Source of the DNA: Monocercomonoides exilis PA203
Taxonomy: Eukaryota; Protista; Preaxostyla
DNA: 64,000 nt
NCBI GenBank assembly: GCA_001643675.2
Contig: LSRY02000003.1
Span: forward strand, 186,001-250,000
Reading direction: 5' to 3'
Position numbers and translations under genes: made by a program. Below, piece by piece: positions 51,291 to 64,000 of the stretch (positions are counted from its first letter, which is position 1; every line of letters begins with the position of its first letter). Below the pieces are notes generated by a model, which was not told the DNA's origin, did no database searches, and worked only from the letters and a program-made list of their open reading frames with translations.

Positions 51291-52165
51291 TAATAACAAT
51301 AATTAAATTTTTGAATTTTTTTCTTTGAATATGCTTTTCAAATCTATTTTATTATTGGTTTCTTTTTTTTCCCATAATTAAATTTCTTCATAATCATTTG
51401 AAAAGATAACAATCAAAGCTTTCTTGCAAGTTGTTTTCGGAACAACATTATAATGTTTGTATTAATTTTTCGTTGATTAATTTTTCAAAGCTAGATTGAG
51501 ACTCTCAGCTTGTTCAACGTTCCTTATTGTTAGTGACTTTATCTCTTCAAAAATACCATTTAAACAATCTGAAAAAGCATCAAAAAACATATCGTTTATA
51601 ACAATCTAACTTATGAGCATCGTTAGTATTCATAGAATCAATTTATTCACACGAAGGTTGAATTTCCATAAAACGATGCTTTATCTTAAAAAACATTGAC
51701 TGATAAAAATAAGAAAGAATATTCATGGTTAAGACTTTTTATTGCTTCGTTCAATACTCGCGTTAATTGTTCACTATGATGCACTGTGTTACTCTTTCAT
51801 AGAAAAATTTCATTTCTTCGTAATCCCAATTGCACTTGTTAAGGTTATTTCTTCTCGCATGCAATACTCTTTTGCAATGGAAACCCGAAAATAATCAAAT
51901 ACAAGAAAAATGACTAAAACACTCGAGTGGAAAAGTCTTATCTCATGTTAAATGCGAACAAATGATATTACTTTCAAAAGTCATCTACTCAATATTCATT
52001 ATTAAAATCATAATATATGAAACTGCATGTGCAACTTTTTCTTTTCATTCATTAATTAATATTTCAATTATCCAAAGTTGATTTTCTGAAAAATTCAAAA
52101 TTTGTCAAATCATTCAGATTCATTTCGAAATTATTGATCAGAAAACTGCAAAAAACGTGACATGA

Positions 52166-53842
52166 TTAAAGTGTAATAGGTTTGTCTTTTAATCCAATGC
52201 TCTTTGATTTAATATGGCTTCGCAGAATTTTTTTCATTTTAGTCGATAAAACTTTTTTCTTTTCTTTCAAGAATCTTTTTTTCGCCTGAAAATCTTTTAT
52301 TTCACAAAATCGATCAGCTTCCATGCGAAGAACTTTAGTACATGGAAAATCTGTTTGCTTTATGAATCGTCCACTTTTCGATCTGAGCCTTGATACTGCT
52401 TTTCTTTTTAAATTCTTGATTCTGCTTGGGATGATAGTTGCTGAATCAGAAATTATTTTCGAGAACTTCTTTCTTGAATATAAGTTTGTTGTTCCACAAG
52501 TTTTTTCATCTTCATCATCCTTCTCTTCCTTCTCTTCCTTCTCCATCTCCTTCTCTTCCTTCTCCATCTCCTTCTCCTTTTGCTTATTTTCTTTTTTTCT
52601 TTCCTCTTTTTCAAACGTTTTATTTTCATTTCTTTTCGTTTTCTCAACTGTTTTTGTTTCGTTTTCTATTTTTGCTGGATCATCTTCACTGTCAAATTCA
52701 TCAATCATTCTGATTTTTCTGTTTTCGCGTGCTCTTTCTTTTTTCAGTTTTGATGATTCTTTTCTGTTCCGAATAAAATTATCTAAATCTTCTTCATGAA
52801 AAAGTTCAATAACGTTTTCTGTTTCTTTTTCATTTTTTTTCATCATATATATTGATTGCTGCAATATTTTTTCTTTCTCAATCACACTTCTTATTTCCAT
52901 TTCACATGATTCATATGTCATCAAATATGAATTCAATTCATTTCTATTGATTAAGCACATATCACAAATTAACTTTGCAATTGATTTTTTTGTGTTAAAC
53001 CTATATTGAAATTCCAGTGCATATTCCTTTGTCTGTTCAAGCACTCTACCACGCTTTCTCATGTGGCATTTAATATGAGACCACATACACTCGATGGTTT
53101 GAGTGTGAACATTTTTATCTTCAGGTTTAACAAAATTAAATGAATGATTCACACAATCGTGTTTGTATCCTGCAATTTTTATACCTTGGTAAGAAGACCA
53201 CATATCAGAGTAAACTATTGCGCTTTTATCAATATTCTTTTCTATGAAATACATGAGTGTTTCCTCAGTTCTGTTGGCAATAAATTCGACTTTGAAGTGC
53301 TGAGGTGCTCCTTCCATCTTTCCTTCACACACACACCACAGCCACTGTTGATCCTGAATTCTTCCAACTCCATTTTTTCTTTTGTGCACAAGTGTCTCGT
53401 CGATTTCTACGATTCGATTTTTTCCAATTTTTTCAAAGCATTCCATCTCAATGTAACCGCAAATTCTTCTAATTTTTTGATTGAATTTTAAAACTGTTTT
53501 ATTAGAAAGATTTGTTTCATGTGTCACTTCGCTAATTGAATGCTTATACCAGAAATGAAATAGCAGGCAAATGAATTGAAATGGTGAAAATCTGAACTCT
53601 GAAAAGATAGTGAAATGATTTCAGTTGAGTTTTTTTCCGCATTTTGAACATTTTTAATAAAATTCATCCCGTTTTCTACCATCAACAAAATGCATATGAC
53701 CTTTACAACGATGACAATTGGAGTATTTTTTGATGAAATTGAAACAGTTCAATATTTTAATTGCAAAACTGCTATTCCCATTTGAGCGATGAATGAATTC
53801 GCATAAAGAAATTGTCTCGAAAATGTTCTTATAATCCTCCAT
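52166..53842 (-). pseudogene. Merlin transposase (Zn ribbon, DDE, long charged tail) with two in-frame stops
   Basis: CHRC...C.KC, IVEIDET, YSDMWSSY, VNHSFNF, HTQTIECMW and EFQYRFN. Single frame from ATG 53842, with TAA 53654-53656 and TGA 53621-53623. Confidence 0.9.
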
Positions 53843-55025
53843 CGTTTGGAACTTTAGAAGTTATTTGATCTTTGCTTTGAAAATGTTAATTTAGATAGTA
53901 TGATCGATCACTTAATAAAAAAAACTCAATAACGCACACATGTGCTTTCGATCAATAAACATTTTTTTCAGAATGATTTGCTCTATTTGTACGACATACC
54001 AAATAAATATAAGATATATTTTTGAATTAAAATATAAGAAATTTTTTAAAAACAAAAAGTGTCTTATTTATGAATTGTTTTCAAGGAAACTAATACAGTT
54101 TCATTAATTATTTGTTAACTTTATATTGAATCATATTCCTTTTGATATTCAAACGCAGTTATTCATGTTTTATATGTTTTTTTAAACGAAAGAAATTGAA
54201 ATGTGAAAAAAGTTGTGTTGATAAAACTATTCTTGTGTTGAGAATGCTAACAGAAAAATTATAAGATTCAAAGAAATAACTGTCAAATTTTGAAATATTG
54301 CATAGAACATTTTTTATCATAAAAAAAAACAATCTCGAATATTTCGTCGTGTCAAATGCTGCATTCATAGGTTTGAATGAAATGTGAATCTTATTTCAAA
54401 TTTTTGCAGTGATCAGACCTTGAACTCTTGCTCATTAGAAAATAATTATTTGGCACAATAATCTATCAAAGATTTGTTTTTGCAGTTAGAAAGAAAAAGA
54501 AGTATTCAATAACTTTTTTTGAAAAAATCGAAAGAAAAGGAAAATGTTCTTCAGAACAATTATCTTAGAAGAGTTTTCATTCAGTTGAGCTGTATTACAT
54601 AAAGATTGATTTTCAATTATTGAAACAAAACATTTCAAGTTAAAAAGATGATTAAGAAAATTTTTAATTAAGGGATTGATCACGAAAAATTTTTTGATGA
54701 AATTTATGTTGAAATATCATAAAACTGCTCCACCCAAAAGTGTTGTTTTTTAATGTTATTTATGATAATTTTGTTGAAATTAAGAAAATCATAAAACTGA
54801 AGCAGGTGTTTTTTTACACTTATGCCATTAAAGCTTGAATATGAAGATAATTTTTTATCATAATTCAAAAATTGAAAAAATAAATAAGCTTCTTTTTTTA
54901 ATAAAAATTGATTATAAAAATTGACTTTATCTTTATTGTGCAAACGATTTATCTGATATGAATATGAAAAAGAAATCGTTATGATATGATTTTTTTTTCT
55001 GGTCGTATCATACCCATTTGCCGTT

Positions 55026-55804
55026 AATTTTTTGATTATTATAATAAGCCATTTTTGAAAATATTAAATTGTTTTGAAATTTAAGTGAAAAGATCTGGTG
55101 TTTTTTGTTTTATTTTTTTTAGATCAAAGACTTGCTCATATTTTCACGAGCTTTTTGTTTGAGTGTTTTGAGTTATATTATTGTTTATAAACTTCACATC
55201 CTTATAATTTTGGTAATTTTTCTTTGTTAAACACTTCGTTTTTTTTTTCCATTTCTCTAAATATCGATAAAATGAAGAATGCATTTATTTAAATAAGGTT
55301 TTTCCTTTATTAGAAAGAAAAAATATATTAATTATCAATAAATAAAGATGTGCAAAAGGAAGAAATTTTTTAATTTTTTTTGATCGTGATTATTATAAGA
55401 AAATACCAGTTTTTGCATTTTTACACTTCCTTTGCTTCAAATCATATTGTTTAATTTCAAAATTTGTGTGACGTTTATTTTAATCATTTTTCCAACTATT
55501 TTTTTCAACATTACAATCCAAAATAACTCAAATATCACTGAAAAATCTTCAGTTTGTCGAAATTTTGTGAAATGGAAAAAAAAATAAAACGAAGTGTTTA
55601 ACAAAGAAAAATTACCAAAATTATAAGGATGTGAAGTTTATAAACAATAATATAACTCAAAACACTCAAAACAAAAAGCTCGTGAAAATATGAGCAAGTC
55701 TTTGATCTAAAAAAAATAAAACAAAAAACACCAGATCTTTTCACTTAAATTTCAAAACAATTAAATATTTTCAGGAATTGTTTATTATAATATATAAAAA
55801 AATT
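55026..55804. mobile_element. Non-coding inverted-repeat element (MITE-like, ~200-230-bp arms)
   Basis: ~55056-55255 is the near-perfect reverse complement of ~55569-55773, with degenerate extension outward. No clear TSD. Confidence 0.7.
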
Positions 55805-55811
55805 TGTATTA

Positions 55812-57826
55812 GGGTGATTAATAAACCTGAATATTTTTTTGAAAATCTGAACAAAAAATAAATAAATATATTAATGTGAATTGTGTATTGATTTAATTTA
55901 AAAAATAAATTAATAATAAATATAATCTACAAGCTCTCGTTTAACAATTTTTTGAGTATTTCTTTCCTTTTTTTCATCATCAGAAAAATCATCATTAAAA
56001 ATTTTCAATGTGTTGAATTTTCTTTTTTTCGGTTTTTCATCTTCAAACAAAGCCTTTTCAATTTCTTCATTATCTTTTTCTAAATTTTTTAACTCTTTTC
56101 TTTCATCCTTTTCTTTTTTCCATTCTATTAAGAATTCTTCATCGGTAATTAATTTTCCAAAATAATCAAACCTTTTTGTTCTTTTCTTCAGAGTGACGGA
56201 AGGTTCTTTTGGAAGCTTGGCTAACACTTCGTGCCACTGATGTGACAGTACTCCGCTCTTCGCAAAAGATGATTTGATTGAAGAAGGCAACAAAGAAGTT
56301 TGTAAAGCTTGTGGAAGCACATCAGCTAGCGCTTATCGTCTCAAAATAATAGAAGAAGAAGAAGGTGCTTCGTTATTGACATTAATAGTTTTTTTGAAAA
56401 CAGCAAATAGGCCACGATCCAACGGCTGTGCAATATGAGTGGTGTGGGGTACGAAGGTGACGACATCTATTGAAGGATCCGCAAACTTCTTCCACAAGTC
56501 AGACTGCGCTCTCGATAAATGGGAATCAAGAAGGAGAAGGCACCGTTCTTTTCTTTTCTTTAATGTTTCTCTTTTTTGCGTTATCCCTGGGAGCAACACT
56601 TCTTCAGCATATTTGAGGAATAGCGCTTCAGTCATCCAGCCTTCATTTTCACACCAAACATCTAACTGCGAACTCAGAACAAGGCGCAGTTCATCCGACA
56701 GTTTCATTCAAGGAAACAGAACGACGCTTTTTAGGGAGTAGCCATCAGCTGCAGCTGCAACGACGAGAGTTGCATTTGGTGTATTCATTGGTGTTTTGGA
56801 GAAACCAACACATATGTCGGAAGTGTGAAAAACAAGAAAAGAGAAAAAATCAGAGAGTCGAAGAAAAGGTTCAACAATATCGGAGATGAGAGAGTTCGAA
56901 TAAAGATGTTGAACATGAAGGTTTTGAAGAAGAGTGAAAAATGGATTGAGAGTTTGCTGACTTGACTCAGAGAAACCCGGATATTGACATTTCGAGGATG
57001 AGAAGCTTTAAGTTCGGGTTTCCTTTTTGTGAATTGATAGGGATATGCTTTAGAAATGTTCACTACTTCATCTTCTTCATCGAAGTCGTCAATTTTCCTT
57101 TCATTGATAACAGTGTTCATCTGAATATATAAAAAATAGATAAATACAACAAATAAAAAATTGCCACAAACCAATTTCCTCATTTGCGCAGAATTGTGAC
57201 TTGTCCCACTTTCACATTCGATGTCAAGCACTCCAAATAAAGTTTCCTTTTCTTCCAGATTGAATAATTCTGGTCTTCTATTCTTTTTTGCCTTTCATCC
57301 TTTTTCCACAGCAATAACAGCTTTATCAACAGCAGAGCGAGTAAATTCATTCATGTTTGCAGCGTCAGCAGGCCGAGCTTCTCCAAATGCTATAATTGAA
57401 GCAACACATTCTAATCTGCTTTCAAAATGGCGATATTGAAAGGATCTCATCAAACTTCTGATTTTCTTTAATCCTTGTTGTTTTTTTATTTTCGACAACA
57501 CTCATTTCAAAAAAATGTTGGTTATGATCTTTTTTTTTAAATTTTTTTTTTTGAGTTTTTTCGAAATGAAAAAAAAAAATAAAAAAAAATATTTTCGATA
57601 AAATTCTAACTAAATAAGCCCCGTTGCTATTTCCTAATCTCTTCAGGAGAAGCAAAAATCAGAGATGGAGGAGCTAACCTCCCCATCTCCCCACATCAGA
57701 GAATTGGTATAGTAATTTAATCTACAATTTCAGTCATTGATTATTCCTTATATACTGAAAACAATACAAAAAGTGGGAAAAATCAACTTATTATTTAAAA
57801 AAAATGTTCGGGTTAATAAATCACCC
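55812..57826 (-). mobile_element. pogo/Fot1-like (DD35D) DNA transposon, defective
   Basis: TA|GGGTGATTAATAAACCTGAATATTTTTTT ... AAAAAAATGTTCGGGTTAATAAATCACCC|TA, an imperfect ~29-bp TIR pair with TA TSD. Confidence 0.85.
55910..57450 (-). pseudogene. pogo-family (DDE_1) transposase pseudogene with a probable intron at ~57121-57171
   Basis: AADG, GWMT..LF, LLLLDSH.SR and PHTTH..QPLD (D-35-D spacing). In-frame stops at 57295, 56708 and 56333, plus a frameshift. Confidence 0.85.
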
Positions 57827-58299
57827 TATTTGTTTTTTTCAAAAAGTGCTCTGGAGAGCCAGATATTTTCGTTCCCGATAAAAAAAAGGGTGGATATGAC
57901 AAATAACTCACACTATAAACATCAGATTGATTTTTAAGTATTCGAGTCAAATTGTTAATACGAAAAAATATGAAATCAAATAGAATGATACATATGATAT
58001 CACATAATTTCTAATAAGGATTATTGGCGAAATATTATCTAGGTGACAGTCGAATAGCGTGAAATTAATTATTAATATCGTCATATTTGTTGCTTCTAAT
58101 ATTTATGAAATTGTGATTATTGAACGACTCTTCTTTTTTATCGATCTTTCTTTTTTATGAACAACAAAATTTTATAATGGGTTGGATCAGCATGATGAAT
58201 TAGCTGTTTCCATATCTTTTAGTGGAAAACGAAAAACTCATTTATAACTCGTATGCACGTGTTAATTTTTGATTTTTATTCATAATCTGTTTGTTATTT

Positions 58300-59400
58300 A
58301 TGGAAAAACATTTTGAACAAAGGAAACAGAAGTCAAGATCATTGTTTACTTTGTTTTGTTGGAGATCAGCATAAATGAAAATCAAAAAGAAACAGAACGT
58401 ATGAAAGTTTTGCTTATATTTATTTTTTCTGATATTCATATTAAATTTATTTGTTATTAACATTTTTTTGCACAATAATAATATTAACAATCAGAATAGC
58501 TGATGCGGCATTGAAATGAATCAGAAAACCGAAGAAATGAAAGGATTTGTGGAAGAAATAATGAAAGAAAAATTTAGTTCGATTTGCCCAAGAGAATTAT
58601 TCATGAAAAGACACTTAATGATTGAAGAAAAGAAATATTCAATGAGAAATGCAGTTATATTGCTAACACGAAAAGAATGTTGTTGTATGATGAATATTGA
58701 ATGTTATTAATGCTTTAACGATTCATTTTTGAAAAAAATATTTGGAGATCATTTTCAACGAAGATGTGAAGAAAATAAGAGAAGAAGAGCAAAAAGCTTC
58801 TAATTGATCTTTGTGAATGCTATATAACGCTTGACTATGATTTCCCTTTGTGCTAACTATCATTTCGTGTGCTCTGCTTTTGAAAGTTGCATTGAAGAAA
58901 TAGGACGACAAGGCAACGCAAAAAGGAGTGGAAGTGGCATTGCTTGCTTTGAGTAGATCTGGATATTGCGTATGATAACTTCTATTTTTATTCTTTTTGA
59001 AGTATTTTTTTTTCTTATTTTTTGATCAGAAAATTGAAAAAGAAATTAACTTGAATGACATCAAAGAGATTATTCAATATCATCAGGAAAATTGAATTTT
59101 GACAAGGCCTGCCTATCAATCGGTTTGTCAGTTTTTTTATCAGGAGATTAAACAATGATTGCTGCTTGAAGGGAATGATTGAGAATGAGCTGCACTTTGT
59201 GCGAGAGGCAGTAGGAGAGCTGGAAGAGCTGGTGAAGTGTGTGGACTGGAAGAGAAAAGAAGAGGAAATGAGCGAAGAAGAAAAGAAGTAGAGGATAAGG
59301 AAGAGAAGGAGAAAATAAGGAGAAGAGGAAGATGATGAAACAGTGAGAGTAGCAGCTTATTTAAAGATAAATAATAGTTTTCTTCTATTGCCATTGTTGT
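58300..59400 (+). pseudogene. Degenerate intron-containing host multicopy gene inside the left TIR (mirror copy at ~61725-62825, minus strand)
   Basis: Fragments QKTEEMKGFVEE...LMIEEKKYSMRNAVILL, LLKVALKK...TQKGVEVALLALS and LNDIKEIIQYHQE..LTR.AYQS. GT-AG introns at ~58399-58494 and 58970-59029. Resembles an expanded oxymonad helical-repeat family (from recollection, unverified). Confidence 0.65.
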
Positions 59401-59463
59401 TGGAGTTGTGACAGACAGAGAGAGAAAGAAAGAAAAAGTAAGAGTAAGAAAAAGAGAGTGAAA

Positions 59464-59567
<104 letters not shown>

Positions 59568-60156
59568 TGTTGAGAGAGGAAAGCACGAATGAAACAGGAA
59601 AAGATGTAGCAGAGAAGATAGGAGAGGCAGCGACAAAGGCACAGGAGTAGGGTTAGTCGAAGGAGTTTTAAGTGGAGGAGAGAGAAGAGATTTCATTGGG
59701 CCGATCATTCAATGAAGAGGATGAAGAAGAGGATGAAGGAGAGGAAGAGGAAGAAAAAGGAAAAGAGTTGAGCAAATTTTGTGATAGAGATACAGCGCAT
59801 TTTATATTCAACACTTTGAAGTCTTTTTTATTTTTTGTTTACATCTTTCTTTTTCTGTCAATCTTTCTGTCTTTTCTTTCAGAAAGAAATGGAAGGAAGA
59901 AGAAAAAATAGAAATTGTTTTTGATGAATTTGTAATTATCATGTGTTGAATTCATTTTTTAATTTTTGTACATTTTCATATACTTCTGTTCATCAAGAAT
60001 ATGTTTTATCGTTTATTCATTTTTTTATTATGTTTACGAAATGTTATTTATGTGTGTTAATGTTTGATTCTTTTTATCTGCTTGTGTTATTTTTGTTTTG
60101 AATTTTTTTAATATCCCATTTATCAAATTTTGAAATTTGAATTTCTTTTTGAACAT

Positions 60157-61044
60157 ATGAAACCAAAAGTTAACAGCAGATCGTATTTCAAATAACTTTT
60201 CAAAATATTTTCTTCCGAGAAAGAAACAATTCGATGATTAATCGATGCCAAAATTTTGGAATCAGAACGGTTTTGTTGGAAATGCAAAAAAAATATGAAG
60301 ATTTTCATTTACAATAATTTTACCAGCAGATTTCGGTGCAAGCATCAACAAATTAATATTTGGAAAAATACGAATTTTGAAAGGTTTCGAATCAGAGTCA
60401 GTAACCAATGTTTAATTGCTTTGTGCTTTTGGGTTGGAATGTCTTCGTCACATTGTTCCATGATTTCTGGAAAATCAGAAATCACAATTTCACGAATGTT
60501 TTCTTCATTTAGAAGATGTATTTCACATCATATGGCAGAAAATCATTACATGCTCGGAGGTGAGGGAAAAGAAGTGGAAGTTGATGAAGCTGGTTTCCCG
60601 AAAAGAAAATACAACAGAGGGAGAATCAAACGAAAAAATTGGATATTAGGAGGCATCGAGAGACCAAAGCAGAAAGGTTTAAAGTCAAGATTATTTCTTC
60701 TTCCAGTTTAAAAAAGAACAAGGGAAGTTTTGCATTCATCTATCAAAGAACATATTCAAAAGAAAACTTCAATTTTCACTGATTGCTGGAAAGGATACAA
60801 CGGATTGGAAAAAATTGGTTTCAGTCATTTAACTGTGAATCACAGCAAGCATTTTAGAGATCCCGAAACGAAAGCCCACACTCAAAGAATTGAAAGTACT
60901 TGGAGTCTTTTAAGGAAATCTCTTCCACCAAATGGAGTAAGACAGAAATATTTAAATGATTATTTAAACACATTCACATTTAAAAGAAGTCCTTGTAATT
61001 CTTTTAATAAATTTTTGCATATGTACACATACACTAAATTTTGA
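60157..61044 (+). pseudogene. Merlin transposase with three in-frame stops and no frameshift
   Basis: CWKC...C.H, VEVDEAGF, KRKYNRGR, W.LGGIER, IFTDCWKGY, VNHSKHF and HTQRIESTW. Stops at TAA 60193, TGA 60235 and TAA 60709. Confidence 0.92.
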
Positions 61045-61566
61045 TCATAAATAAAATCTTGCAGTCTGCAAATCAATAATTTTCTGTAAATAAAAAAATT
61101 ATTGAAATCAAAAATGAATAAACGATAAAACATATTCTTGATGAACAGAAGTATATGAAAATGTACAAAAATTAAAAAATGAATTCAACACATGATAATT
61201 ACAAATTCATCAAAAACAATTTCTATTTTTTCTTCTTCCTTCCATTTCTTTCTGAAAGAAAAGACAGAAAGATTGACAGAAAAAGAAAGATGTAAACAAA
61301 AAATAAAAAAGACTTCAAAGTGTTGAATATAAAATGCGCTGTATCTCTATCACAAAATTTGCTCAACTCTTTTCCTTTTTCTTCCTCTTCCTCTCCTTCA
61401 TCCTCTTCTTCATCCTCTTCATTGAATGATCGGCCCAATGAAATCTCTTCTCTCTCCTCCACTTAAAACTCCTTCGACTAACCCTACTCCTGTGCCTTTG
61501 TCGCTGCCTCTCCTATCTTCTCTGCTACATCTTTTCCTGTTTCATTCGTGCTTTCCTCTCTCAACA

Positions 61567-61569
<3 letters not shown>

Positions 61570-61659
<90 letters not shown>
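61570..61659 (+). repeat. (CA)45 microsatellite in the right TIR
   Basis: Counted directly. Mirror of 59465-59564. Confidence 0.95.
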
Positions 61660-61660
<1 letters not shown>

Positions 61661-63224
61661 TTTCACTCTCTTTTTCTTACTCTTACTTTTTCTTTCTTTC
61701 TCTCTCTGTCTGTCACAACTCCAACAACAATGGCAATAGAAGAAAACTATTATTTATCTTTAAATAAGCTGCTACTCTCACTGTTTCATCATCTTCCTCT
61801 TCTCCTTATTTTCTCCTTCTCTTCCTTATCCTCTACTTCTTTTCTTCTTCGCTCATTTCCTCTTCTTTTCTCTTCCAGTCCACACACTTCACCAGCTCTT
61901 CCAGCTCTCCTACTGCCTCTCGCACAAAGTGCAGCTCATTCTCAATCATTCCCTTCAAGCAGCAATCATTGTTTAATCTCCTGATAAAAAAACTGACAAA
62001 CCGATTGATAGGCAGGCCTTGTCAAAATTCAATTTTCCTGATGATATTGAATAATCTCTTTGATGTCATTCAAGTTAATTTCTTTTTCAATTTTCTGATC
62101 AAAAAATAAGAAAAAAAAAATACTTCAAAAAGAATAAAAATAGAAGTTATCATACGCAATATCCAGATCTACTCAAAGCAAGCAATGCCACTTCCACTCC
62201 TTTTTGCGTTGCCTTGTCGTCCTATTTCTTCAATGCAACTTTCAAAAGCAGAGCACACGAAATGATAGTTAGCACAAAGGGAAATCATAGTCAAGCGTTA
62301 TATAGCATTCACAAAGATCAATTAGAAGCTTTTTGCTCTTCTTCTCTTATTTTCTTCACATCTTCGTTGAAAATGATCTCCAAATATTTTTTTCAAAAAT
62401 GAATCGTTAAAGCATTAATAACATTCAATATTCATCATACAACAACATTCTTTTCGTGTTAGCAATATAACTGCATTTCTCATTGAATATTTCTTTTCTT
62501 CAATCATTAAGTGTCTTTTCATGAATAATTCTCTTGGGCAAATCGAACTAAATTTTTCTTTCATTATTTCTTCCACAAATCCTTTCATTTCTTCGGTTTT
62601 CTGATTCATTTCAATGCCGCATCAGCTATTCTGATTGTTAATATTATTATTGTGCAAAAAAATGTTAATAACAAATAAATTTAATATGAATATCAGAAAA
62701 AATAAATATAAGCAAAACTTTCATACGTTCTGTTTCTTTTTGATTTTCATTTATGCTGATCTCCAACAAAACAAAGTAAACAATGATCTTGACTTCTGTT
62801 TCCTTTGTTCAAAATGTTTTTCCATAAATAACAAACAGATTATGAATAAAAATCAAAAATTAACACGTGCATACGAGTTATAAATGAGTTTTTCGTTTTC
62901 CACTAAAAGATATGGAAACAGCTAATTCATCATGCTGATCCAACCCATTATAAAATTTTGTTGTTCATAAAAAAGAAAGATCGATAAAAAAGAAGAGTCG
63001 TTCAATAATCACAATTTCATAAATATTAGAAGCAACAAATATGACGATATTAATAATTAATTTCACGCTATTCGACTGTCACCTAGATAATATTTCGCCG
63101 GATTATTATATTATTGAAAATGAGATTAATTGCTAAATGATTTCAATATCCATCAATTTGTATCTTTAACAACAAAAGACAAAACGAAACACATTTGAGA
63201 GTGAATGAATTAAGATATAAAGAA

Positions 63225-63849
63225 GATTATTCACTTTCGCTCAGTTTTCGTGTCTTCTGCTCATTCAGTTATCTGTACGTTTCATGTGAAAAAAAAAAGA
63301 TTCTCACATCTTTCATTTGTTGTTTTCTATTCATTTTACAAAAAGAAGAACCAAATGTGTCTGAAGCGTTCAAACAAAAAAACAAGACACACACAAATAC
63401 ATCGCTGCATATAAATACATAAAAAATACATATAAAGTACATATTAATATATATATATGCATACACACTGCATACATACAAAATAAGAATAACTACAAAT
63501 ATCACATGCAATCCAACATCCATTGAAGCACTTTTCAAACAAAATAAGATGTGAAATTCTCAACAAATCAAATTCACACAAAAATCACAAAAATCTGGAA
63601 AAGCTTCAAATAAACGAAAAACAAAATACATTGCGAAAGCAAAAGCAATCAATGAAAATATCTCTTTCATTTTCATATTTCTCAAATTCATTCTTTCTTC
63701 ATTTCAGTGTATTTTCATTCCCCACATTTTCTTCACTATCCATCCTCTGTTATTTGCATAATCTGCAAAAAAAACTTTTCAGAAGCTTCACCATTCTCGC
63801 ACCTTTTTCTCTTCGTTTAAATCATTTCCCCTTTCATCTCATTTTTTTC
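63225..63849 (-). repeat. 3' flank shared with the receptor gene (inverted paralog of ~31037-31665)
   Basis: Reverse complement is highly similar to 31037-31665. The duplicated small ORFs 31352-31621 and 63269-63538 reflect this. Confidence 0.85.
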
Positions 63850-64000
63850 TCAATTACATTCCCCTTCCTTCACTTTCTTGCCTTCCTTCTCATCCATCTC
63901 ATTCTCTTCACCCCCCTCTTCTCTTCGTGTTTCCACCACCTCCACTGCATCTGACATCGTCATCACCAATGCATCCTTCGGGAAGTGCGAAATCAGCTCC
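63850..64000 (-). CDS. C-terminal end of a paralog of the Pmp-like receptor (runs off the window)
   Basis: Reads ELISHFPKDALVMTMSDAVEVVETRREEGGEENEMDEKEGKKVKEGECN*, nearly identical to the end of 25073-31036. Confidence 0.9.
   Translation of the reverse strand, partial: ELISHFPKDALVMTMSDAVEVVETRREEGGEENEMDEKEGKKVKEGECN

Larger units (their letters stand above)
47898..54826 (-). mobile_element. Merlin (IS1595/ISXO2-like) DNA transposon with host-gene cargo (element A)
   Basis: 173-bp TIRs at 47898-48070 and 54654-54826 with GGC...GCC ends. 8-bp TSD ATTAAAGC at 47890-47897 and 54827-54834. Internal IS1595-type transposase. Confidence 0.93.

Overview
AT-rich eukaryotic DNA with short GT-AG introns and the standard genetic code. 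Composition and gene families resemble an oxymonad such as Monocercomonoides (inferred, not proven). The first ~41 kb holds a coiled-coil gene, a disabled alpha-tubulin acetyltransferase beside an intact DD34D mariner, a CBL-type calcium sensor, CFAP418/C8orf37, tRNA-Asn, a 1-kb palindrome, decayed multicopy genes, a 1987-aa Pmp-like receptor with a partial kinase domain, a DENND6-like GEF and SRP receptor alpha. From 41 to 63 kb the window is almost all DNA transposons. The strongest novel signal is two complete Merlin/IS1595-type elements, each with GGC...GCC ends and a perfect 8-bp target-site duplication, both carrying host gene sequence. Element A (47898-54826, 6.9 kb, 173-bp TIRs) carries fragments of the surface-receptor family. 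Element B (58026-63099, 5.1 kb) has ~2-kb near-identical TIRs that each contain an intron-bearing host gene remnant around a central transposase. All coordinates were read by eye, and family calls rest on recognised motifs rather than database searches.
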